Below, one piece after another: positions 9,655 through 17,417 of a DNA stretch of 27,278 bases (its first letter is position 1; every line of letters begins with the position of its first letter). The stretch is from Bdellovibrionales bacterium. GTDB taxonomy: Bacteria > Bdellovibrionota > Bdellovibrionia > Bdellovibrionales > DASUEL01. The stretch spans positions 1 to 27,278 of the forward strand of contig JBFWOZ010000039.1 in the NCBI GenBank assembly GCA_050250255.1, written 5' to 3'. Made by a program: the position numbers and the translations under genes. The notes beneath the pieces were generated by a model that ran no database searches, was not told the origin of the DNA, and saw only the letters and a list, made by a program, of their open reading frames with translations.

Positions 9655-11496
9655 TTAGTTGTTTTCGCCACCTGGACGTTCAGTTGCGTTCTTCAAAGTG
9701 TCTCCGAACAAATCTCCGAAGCTTGTCTTAGAAGTCGATTTCGCTTTCTTCACGTAATCTTCCACATCAACGCGTTCTCCACGAAGAGTCACAAGCTTGC
9801 TGCTAAGAGCGATCTTACGTGCATCTTTATCGATCGTGAGAACTTCGGCTTTGAGCATATCGCCCACTTTTACGATATCTTCTGGCTTATCTACTTTTTG
9901 AGTTGAAAGTTCAGAGATATGGATGAGGCCTTCGATGTCTGGCTCAAGCTCAACGAACACACCAAAATCGGCAATCTTCACAATTTTAACTTCGTGCTGA
10001 CTGCTGATTGGATATTTATCGTCAACATGTTGCCATGGATCGGATTCCAACTGCTTCACACCAAGACTGAATCTTTCGTTTTCTGTGTCTACTCCAAGAA
10101 CGACGGCGCGGATTTTTTCACCTTTAGTGAACATCTCTGAAGGATGGTTCACACGCTTTGTCCAAGAGAAGTCAGAGATGTGTACGAGACCATCGATTCC
10201 GTCTTCAACACCAACGAAGATACCGAAATCTGTAATCGACTTCACTTCACCTTCAATGATGGTACCTGGAGAATAGCTCTCTTTGAGTTGGACCCATGGG
10301 TTTGGCTCAAGTTGCTTCATACCAAGGCTGATGCGGCGATTAGCAGCATCAATATCAAGAACGATCACGTCCACTACATCATCAGCTTTTACAAGCTGAG
10401 AAGGATGCTTAATACGCTTGATCCAGCTCATTTCGCTCACGTGGATAAGACCTTCAACACCATCAGCAAGTTCTACGAAGGCACCGTAGTCAGCAAGACT
10501 AACGATCTTACCCTGACATTTTGTACCAACAGCATAACCTTGAGTTACGGATTCCCAAGGATCTGGGCTCAACTGTTTGAGACCTAAGCTTACGCGCTCG
10601 CGCTCGTTATCATATTTTAATACGCGAACAGAGATTTCATCGCCCACTTTGAGCATTTCGCCAGGATGTTTTACACGGCCCCAGCTCATATCAGTAATAT
10701 GGAGAAGACCATCCATACCACCAAGGTCAATGAAGGCACCGTAATCGGTGATGTTCTTCACGAGACCCTTAACCACTTGCCCTTCTTTGATATTATCAAG
10801 AATTTGGGACTTAAGTGTTTCACGCTCTTCTTCGAGAAGTGCACGACGAGAAAGAACGATGTTTCCACGCTTTTTGTTGAACTTAATAACTTTGAATTTA
10901 AACTTCTTCCCGATGTAAGCATCGAGGTTACGAACAGCACGAAGATCAATTTGGCTACCAGGCAAGAAAGCCTTAACGCCGATATCCACGCTGAGACCGC
11001 CCTTCACTTTTGCGATCACAGTTCCTTCAACAAGCTCTTCATTTTCTGCAGCACGGGAGATATCGCTCCAGGCTCTCATCATGTCGGCTTTGTCCTTAGA
11101 GAGAACAACCATGCCGTTTTCGTTTTCAACTTTATCGATGAAAACTTCTACTACGTCTCCAGGAGACACTTGAGGCTTGCCGTCAATGGTACGGAATTCT
11201 TCGATAGGGATAAGACCTTCTGATTTGTACTTAATGTCGACAAGAACATAGTCTGTTTGAACTTCAACGACCGTGCCTGTAACCACATCACCAGGATTGA
11301 AATCATTTTGCTTCAATGAAGCTTCAAATAAATCGGCGAATGATTCTTTCGATCGACCTGACTGAATCGTGTGTGGATTCGGTCTAACATCTTTATCGCC
11401 TTCCTCTAACGCTTTCAGAACTTGTTCATTCACTTTATAGTTTTTCAATTTCTTCATATCCTTCTTCGTGTTTGATTGATCCATATACCCTCTCAA
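9655..11496 (-). CDS. rpsA: 30S ribosomal protein S1
   Basis: Six S1 repeats (FLPGSQID, DGLLHITDMSW, EGLIHVSEMSW, DGLVHISDFSW, EGLIHISELS). TTG 11496 has GGAGG 6 nt upstream. ATG 11484 is an alternative start. Confidence 0.98.
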   Translation of the reverse strand: MRGYMDQSNTKKDMKKLKNYKVNEQVLKALEEGDKDVRPNPHTIQSGRSKESFADLFEASLKQNDFNPGDVVTGTVVEVQTDYVLVDIKYKSEGLIPIEEFRTIDGKPQVSPGDVVEVFIDKVENENGMVVLSKDKADMMRAWSDISRAAENEELVEGTVIAKVKGGLSVDIGVKAFLPGSQIDLRAVRNLDAYIGKKFKFKVIKFNKKRGNIVLSRRALLEEERETLKSQILDNIKEGQVVKGLVKNITDYGAFIDLGGMDGLLHITDMSWGRVKHPGEMLKVGDEISVRVLKYDNERERVSLGLKQLSPDPWESVTQGYAVGTKCQGKIVSLADYGAFVELADGVEGLIHVSEMSWIKRIKHPSQLVKADDVVDVIVLDIDAANRRISLGMKQLEPNPWVQLKESYSPGTIIEGEVKSITDFGIFVGVEDGIDGLVHISDFSWTKRVNHPSEMFTKGEKIRAVVLGVDTENERFSLGVKQLESDPWQHVDDKYPISSQHEVKIVKIADFGVFVELEPDIEGLIHISELSTQKVDKPEDIVKVGDMLKAEVLTIDKDARKIALSSKLVTLRGERVDVEDYVKKAKSTSKTSFGDLFGDTLKNATERPGGENN

Positions 11497-11509
11497 AATT
11501 TACCTCCAG

Positions 11510-11634
11510 CGAGGTTATCCGTAAAGCTTCGCATCCTTCGTTGCTCGGTCGGGTCGCTTGTGCAACATACAGGAAGTATGTTTCCGCGCTTCCCTCGGTC
11601 GCGCCTTGACTGCGAACCTTTACGGATAACCTCG
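11510..11634. repeat. 125-bp palindromic element (REP/RPE-like) in the rpsA leader
   Basis: Arms CGAGGTTATCCGTAAAG-c-TTCGCA (11510-11533) and TGCGAA-c-CTTTACGGATAACCTCG (11611-11634) pair at 23 of 24 positions. Central hairpin AACATAC-aggaa-GTATGTT (11564-11582). Confidence 0.85.
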
Positions 11635-11840
11635 ACTCACCTTTATTTTGCCCTAACAACTTTCAGACCGAGCTTTCATTCATTACCAAAACTACACCTC
11701 TATCGAAAAAGTGAGCGGTTCTATAGAAATAATAATGAGTTTGAGCCGTGTCTTGAGTCGACAGGTACAACTTGTAAAGGATCGCCTTTTCTTAAAAACA
11801 ACCTCTCGTGGAGTGGTCCCCGATCGAGATGGAAGCTTTT

Positions 11841-11868
11841 TGTATAGAAAAAGGGGCCCTTCTGTCAA
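11841..11868 (-). promoter_or_regulatory. Putative sigma70 promoter upstream of rpsA
   Basis: Minus strand TTGACA (11868-11863), then TATACA at 16 nt spacing (or TACAAA at 18 nt). Confidence 0.4.
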
Positions 11869-11924
11869 ATGAGAACTAGCGTTATATCTCTCTAAAGGGT
11901 CATATTTTATAGGGAAAGAGTCTT

Positions 11925-12728
11925 TTAAGAGCGTCGGGAGTGCCGGATCACCCATTTATGGAGGGTTCCGACGACCTCATCGAAACTTAAATCGCTCGTA
12001 TCGACGACTTTAGCCTCTGAAGACACCTGAAGAGGGGCTGTCGCTCGCTGAGAGTCTCTCTTATCACGACGAGACTGATCCTTTTTAATCTGAGAGATGG
12101 TGGCTCCCTGCTCTTTCGCGCGTCTTTGAGCACGATCATCGCTGCGGGCCGTAAGATAAATCTTGATCGGGGCCTTAGGAAATACGACCGTTCCACAATC
12201 ACGGCCTTCCGCAATCAACCCACCTTTGATTCCCTTGAGACAGTTTCTTTGAAGCGGGAGCAACTCCGCTCTTACCAGAGGAAATTGGCTAATCTGGCTT
12301 GCCGCAGTACCCACGGACTCTTCATTAATACGAGCCGTAACATCTTGATCTCTCAAAAAGACCTTTGTTTGCTCGGCTTGCATTTCCACACGCCAGATTT
12401 TCGATTTCGCAAGCTTCACGATGGCTTTTTCGTTTTTAGAATCCACGCCCTCTGAAAGAGCCGCCAGTGCCAACCCACGATAAAACGCGCCGGTGGAAAC
12501 CCACTTCCATTCAAGAAGACGGGCTAATTCTCGGCTCACACTGGTCTTGCCAGACGCCGCTGGTCCATCAATTGTTACAATCATAGGAGTTGCAAGAGCG
12601 GCCCGCGTATTTGGGCGGGCCTTTTTGAGGTTTTTCGCGCTCGGCTTTAAGCTCTTCTTCCCGCTTTTTTTCGCAGGTTTCTTTATCACTTTTGGATCCA
12701 CTTTAGGCGTGACCTTACGAGCAATCAT
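11925..12728 (-). CDS. cmk: Cytidylate kinase with Lys/Pro-rich N-terminal extension
   Basis: IVTIDGPAASGKT, STGAFYR, AEGRDCGTVVFP, KIYLTA, RRDKRDSQRATAPL. Classic position upstream of rpsA. Start uncertain (12728 has GGAAG upstream; 12758 and 12767 are alternatives). Confidence 0.95.
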   Translation of the reverse strand: MIARKVTPKVDPKVIKKPAKKSGKKSLKPSAKNLKKARPNTRAALATPMIVTIDGPAASGKTSVSRELARLLEWKWVSTGAFYRGLALAALSEGVDSKNEKAIVKLAKSKIWRVEMQAEQTKVFLRDQDVTARINEESVGTAASQISQFPLVRAELLPLQRNCLKGIKGGLIAEGRDCGTVVFPKAPIKIYLTARSDDRAQRRAKEQGATISQIKKDQSRRDKRDSQRATAPLQVSSEAKVVDTSDLSFDEVVGTLHKWVIRHSRRS

Positions 12729-12833
12729 TTTTCTTCCGAGAGTTTCGATATCTTGCATGGGTAACAAATTGGCAAAAAACAGATTTAATGACCAGATTTT
12801 TTTTGAGAATTCCGCAATTGTCGCAGTTTGCTA

Positions 12834-12856
12834 GGGTCAAGTTTTTAGATTGACCC
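12834..12856. other. Short inverted repeat between the large AAA+ gene and cmk (terminator or operator candidate)
   Basis: GGGTCAA-N9-TTGACCC, 26 nt past the stop at 12883. No clear U-tract on the minus strand. Confidence 0.3.
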
Positions 12857-12882
12857 AACAAAAGGAAGCCGATTCACGCCAA

Positions 12883-15800
12883 TTATTCAAAAGAAGCGGT
12901 TTTTAAAACAGATCCACAGAATCTCGCAGACGAAGCTGGTGAAATGCTCGTCGTACTTGGGACAGCCGCCTTCACAATCGGAGCTTCTACGCTCGCCTTT
13001 TTCGTAAAACCCTCAGCGAGAGGAATATTGGATGGCAAAGAAACTTGATCAATCTGCGCCTTCTTAAGTCCTGCTACAATCTCGGCAATATCCGCAACCT
13101 GAGAAGGCGGCGGAACATTTGCTTTTAATTTTGAGTCTAAAGTTTGAGCTGCAGCAGATCTTGATGTAGGGGTCCCCTTCCACCAGCTGACAATACTTTG
13201 TAAGATAGAGCTCGCGGCACTTGACGTTTCAGGGGCACTTCGAACTGACTCAACAGGAATCAATTTTTTTCCCTTATAGAACTCTTCTAATTGCTCCGCG
13301 ACAAGATTTCCCTTTTCTGCAAGAAGATTTCCTAACGGAAGAAATATCTGTTCGGAATTGGCTACAAGAACTCTTCGCGCCAAGCCTTCTGCCTCTTGAA
13401 GTAGAGCACGAACTTCATTAAAGATTTTTTGTTTTTCCGCTTCAGGGATAAGACTGGCATCTATAACTTTCTTGCCGTCATGGTTCGTGACAACAATGTT
13501 CCCAAGTCCCTGAGAAAGGCCCCATGAGATCACGGCTTTTCTTGCTATCTCAGTCGCGCGATCGATATCGTTTTGCTTTCCGGCACCGATTACATCTCCA
13601 TCTATCACGATGGATTCTGCAACACCACCCGCAAGAAGAGTTGCCATTTCACGCACAACCACTTCCCGATTCACTCCAACTTGCTCCACTTCTTCGTGGC
13701 GAGCAAAGCCAGCAGCATGAATCCATTCATCACGGATCTTTACAACGGAAGGAATAATCGTGATCCGAATAGACTTTTGTTTGTCACCAAAGAGAACCCG
13801 CCTCACCACCTCATGTCCGGCTTCGTGATAAGCGGTCTTCACAAGTGCCATTGGAGGTCGTACGGCTTCTTTTTCGATCGTTTTTCCAAGCGAACTGAAA
13901 GTCAGAGATGGTTCACCTGCTCGAAGTACTTCGAACTCTGTTTTTAAAACGGTCTTCTCTTGGCGCGGTTCTTTCACTTCTTGAGTGCCCTTGTAGCGCA
14001 AAGCCACTTGGGCCTTGTTAGGAACACCTCTTAAAATATCTCGAAGCCGTTTTCTAAAATGATCATCTACGTAGTTTCCAATAGAGGCTCCCTGCTCTTC
14101 GATGCGAAAGCCTTCGCTCTCCACCATTTCCACAAGTTTGATAAAGTCTTGCTGGGAAGCAAAACGAACATCCCATCCCAAAATACCCTTATCCCATTTT
14201 AGACTTTCAAGAGCTCCCATCACTTTGCTCTGAGTCAGTTCTCTCACAGATTTAAAAGTATGAGGTCCAAAGAAATAAATATTGTCCATTCCGACACGTG
14301 CCAGAAAAGCAGCACCAAAACGCCCATTCAAAACCGCTCTTTTCCCTGCTTCATCTTGTGAGGCAAGCCTATAAATTTCCTCGTAAGCGGCCATTCTTTC
14401 TTCAAGAGGTACCGTTAAAGGAACAGACTCATAATTTTTTGTGCCCAAATTACCTGTTAAAATGAACAAACACTCTTCCATCGATCGATTGCCATCGATG
14501 AATGAAGCATGTCTGTCGCGGAGAAATTCGAAAAGATATCCTTCAATACCAGGGTAAGCGTTCACAAATTCGTCGAGAAGAAAAATACGACGGCCCTGAT
14601 CGAAGGCTTTTGCAAAAATGGATTTGATAATTTCTTTGCCTTCTTTAGATCCATACAGCACTTGTTTTGCGGCCTGTTCATCTTTAACATGATTGAAGTC
14701 AATTTTGAAAACAGCGTCAGGGTCATTAAGAAGAACACGACCAAGCGCACGGGCCAGTTCAGTTTTTCCCACTGAAGTCAGACCTAGAAACATCAGCACC
14801 TTCGCCTTACCGTGAAGGTTCCCCCTTCCTGGATCTTCCTGATCCAGGATCGCTCTCCCAAGAGCTTCGATGACCCCTGTGGCGCCGAAAACCTGCTTTT
14901 GCAGTTCCGGGACCATCGCTCGCAGTTCGGCAATTCGCTCTGGAGTGATGGGCTGTTTTTCTTTTAATTTTAAAGAACCACGTATAAGAACTTCTGACTG
15001 TTTCGCTGATGAACTTACAATCGCAGGACCTGTTCCACTGACCTCATTAATCAAGAGCGTTGAAGTTCCGTCGGCATTTACTCGTACAGAAAAAGTAATC
15101 GTTCGCTCTTCTGCTGATGGAAGAATGAGTTTTTTCGCAAGTGCGTCTGATAAAGCATTTAAAAAGAGAGATTTGATACGATTATCGAGAGGTCTTGCCA
15201 TCTCTTCTGCCTCGTATTGAAAACTTTGAATGTATTGTATTAGCTCACGCGTAACTACAAACTCTGTCTGATAAAATTTATTCGCATTGACCGGCGCTTG
15301 TACAATTTCTCTCAATGCTCTTCGTAAATTAAGACGAACAATTCTCTGCAAATCACGAGGAGACAAAGGCGCAAGCAAAATCATATCGTCGTCATAAACC
15401 CGATTCAATGTTTCGGGAGAGACCCGTGCATTTCCCTCTCGATCTTTAGAGCGACGAAGCATATCTTTTAAGAGTGTTTTGTTCTCAAATACCTTTTGGT
15501 ATTGAGCAAACATGCGTTCGTAAGGCATCGGATCACCAAAGCGGCTGCCATCGGCCTGGAGAGAGCTAATCAACTCAATGCCGTCGTTACTCGCAATAAA
15601 TTTTTCACCTCGATAAACTAACTCGTTCACGGAGCTTTGACCCGGACTTCTCAAAGGAACAATCCCCAATTCCAAAAATCTCTTAAGAAACGCATTTGAA
15701 CCTTCAGTCGTCCAATCATGAAACTCGTTCACGTACACAGCAGACTTTGCGGGATCCTTATATCCTTCAATCACCATTCCCGGTTTCCAATCAGGATTTT

Positions 15801-17127
15801 TATGGACAGACCAAGGTTGTTCACCCGGGCCAGCCCCCTCATTCCATCGCAGAAGATACTCTCCCCCACTATGAGTCACCACAAACCGAACAAGCCCAGG
15901 TATCTCTGCGGAACCTACGTAACCGGTTTCGGAACCTAAAAAAGCCCCTAGGTTTGCTTGGTTTTTTACTACAGGAACATGAAAAAGATCGTCGACATGG
16001 GCACCATCTCTTCCATTCACTGCATCCACGTGAGCTTTAGCAATTGTGTCTTTTCCAGTACCTGGCATTCCCATCAAGAAAATGTTGCGATTTTCTCGAA
16101 CACCTAAATTGCTTTGTCTTTGATAAGCATTGACGAGATTTCGAATCGCTTCTTTTTGCCCAATGACGTTTTTCAAAAGCCAACGGAGATAGCTCGAATT
16201 TTTCACAGGCGTGGCATTTAATTGTGTTGTCGCATCTACAAAAGAGGCTTTTTGAGATTGAACAAGCTCGGCGAGATCCGAACGAACAGAAGATCCCTCA
16301 AGAGAAGAAGACAATTCAAACTCTTCTCTTGGCACGTCCGTAGGTAAAGTTCCTAAAACCTTTGCTTCCGCTGTAACATCTCGACGTTCCTGAGAAAGTG
16401 ATTCAATCGTAATAAATGGATTTTCAGACGTTCCTGTGCGGATTTTGTGATCCGCAGCTCTTAAACCTACGGTTCCATCCTCTTGAATTAAAAAATACTT
16501 ATAAGGCATGCGAGCAGAATCAAAATCCTGGGCATTAAAGGTCCTAGGTACCATGACTCCATCTCCTTCACGCACAAAATAGGCATGAAGAAGTTTTTTG
16601 CCCTTCATTATCTCTTCTTTAAATAAAAAAACAGAAACGGCACGGGACGATTTAACGTCTGAAGCTGGTGATGAGTGAATGATCTCTGTCACTTCAATAC
16701 GGGGAAGTCGCGACGTGAGGTCTCGTGGAAGAGAGACAAAACGACTTTCGTTAACGATCAGGAATGGAAGCCCTCGAATAACAACAACTCCAAATGATCC
16801 CATACTCTGAAAAGGAATTGTGTCAATAAAACGTGTTTTTACAAAAGCAGGAATCTCATGAGTGACCGTGCGATCATTAACGACAACAGAATCTACAACT
16901 CCTTTATAGAGAGGGGTCTTATTTGAGCCCACCTCATAAGTGATTTGCATTTCACCCGTTGGGCTAACCGTGTAGACGATGGTTTGATCTGTATCGAGTT
17001 TGTGTTTACGAACGTAATTTCCAGAGGAATCGACTTGCGCAAAGACTTCTGAGAAATAAATCATCGCTACGAGAACACTTAAGATAAGGCGTACAGCGCG
17101 AGAACCATAAACTACTTTTTTGAACAC
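12883..17127 (-). CDS. Large multidomain protein: signal peptide, unknown N-terminal domain, two ClpB-D2-like AAA+ modules and an FtsH-type peptidase M41 domain
   Basis: AAGGAG SD precedes GTG 17130/17127. Module 1: VIGQKEAI, GMPGTGKD, GYVG, VYVNE, PETLNRV, MARPL. Module 2: QVFG, FLGLTSVGKTELARAL, FLLDE, FILTGNLG, FLARV. Protease: TAYHEAGH, ITIIP, LLAGGVAE, NDIDRAT, WGLS. Confidence 0.9.
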   Translation of the reverse strand: MFKKVVYGSRAVRLILSVLVAMIYFSEVFAQVDSSGNYVRKHKLDTDQTIVYTVSPTGEMQITYEVGSNKTPLYKGVVDSVVVNDRTVTHEIPAFVKTRFIDTIPFQSMGSFGVVVIRGLPFLIVNESRFVSLPRDLTSRLPRIEVTEIIHSSPASDVKSSRAVSVFLFKEEIMKGKKLLHAYFVREGDGVMVPRTFNAQDFDSARMPYKYFLIQEDGTVGLRAADHKIRTGTSENPFITIESLSQERRDVTAEAKVLGTLPTDVPREEFELSSSLEGSSVRSDLAELVQSQKASFVDATTQLNATPVKNSSYLRWLLKNVIGQKEAIRNLVNAYQRQSNLGVRENRNIFLMGMPGTGKDTIAKAHVDAVNGRDGAHVDDLFHVPVVKNQANLGAFLGSETGYVGSAEIPGLVRFVVTHSGGEYLLRWNEGAGPGEQPWSVHKNPDWKPGMVIEGYKDPAKSAVYVNEFHDWTTEGSNAFLKRFLELGIVPLRSPGQSSVNELVYRGEKFIASNDGIELISSLQADGSRFGDPMPYERMFAQYQKVFENKTLLKDMLRRSKDREGNARVSPETLNRVYDDDMILLAPLSPRDLQRIVRLNLRRALREIVQAPVNANKFYQTEFVVTRELIQYIQSFQYEAEEMARPLDNRIKSLFLNALSDALAKKLILPSAEERTITFSVRVNADGTSTLLINEVSGTGPAIVSSSAKQSEVLIRGSLKLKEKQPITPERIAELRAMVPELQKQVFGATGVIEALGRAILDQEDPGRGNLHGKAKVLMFLGLTSVGKTELARALGRVLLNDPDAVFKIDFNHVKDEQAAKQVLYGSKEGKEIIKSIFAKAFDQGRRIFLLDEFVNAYPGIEGYLFEFLRDRHASFIDGNRSMEECLFILTGNLGTKNYESVPLTVPLEERMAAYEEIYRLASQDEAGKRAVLNGRFGAAFLARVGMDNIYFFGPHTFKSVRELTQSKVMGALESLKWDKGILGWDVRFASQQDFIKLVEMVESEGFRIEEQGASIGNYVDDHFRKRLRDILRGVPNKAQVALRYKGTQEVKEPRQEKTVLKTEFEVLRAGEPSLTFSSLGKTIEKEAVRPPMALVKTAYHEAGHEVVRRVLFGDKQKSIRITIIPSVVKIRDEWIHAAGFARHEEVEQVGVNREVVVREMATLLAGGVAESIVIDGDVIGAGKQNDIDRATEIARKAVISWGLSQGLGNIVVTNHDGKKVIDASLIPEAEKQKIFNEVRALLQEAEGLARRVLVANSEQIFLPLGNLLAEKGNLVAEQLEEFYKGKKLIPVESVRSAPETSSAASSILQSIVSWWKGTPTSRSAAAQTLDSKLKANVPPPSQVADIAEIVAGLKKAQIDQVSLPSNIPLAEGFTKKASVEAPIVKAAVPSTTSISPASSARFCGSVLKTASFE

Positions 17128-17417
17128 CACAGGCTCCTTATTGCTACCCCCCTGTGACGACTTGAGGTTGTTTAGAACAGGTTCGCGCAACAAGCAAAAA
17201 AAGTTTTCAGATAAGAAGTCACATTAGATTTTTTTCTCACTCATTTCCCGAAATCGTTTCAGGCAGCTCTCATCATATTGATGAATTAATTTAATTAATG
17301 CTGCTCATAATTTGTCGTAAAACAAAATAGAAAAAAATTCACAACTTTGATTTCAACTGAGTTCAACTTGTGATCCGAGAATTAACTTTTTAAACCACAT
17401 GCTCACGTGAGGGTTTC

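Noticed and set aside
9919..11223. Long plus-strand ORFs (73, 147 and 185 aa) opposite rpsA
   Set aside because: Antisense shadows of a highly biased ribosomal protein gene, with no motifs or SD.
11435..11955. ORFs 11435-11659, 11476-11847 and 11692-11955 in the cmk-rpsA spacer
   Set aside because: They overlap rpsA or cmk ends or run through the palindrome, lack SD sequences and look non-protein-like. A small peptide cannot be fully excluded.
13221..16040. Multiple 60-124 aa ORFs inside the large AAA+/M41 gene
   Set aside because: Alternative-frame or antisense ORFs within an intact, motif-rich CDS.
12883..17193. Naming the large ORF ftsH or clpB, and using the 17193 start
   Set aside because: The architecture matches neither gene. 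The strong SD and signal peptide favour GTG 17127/17130.
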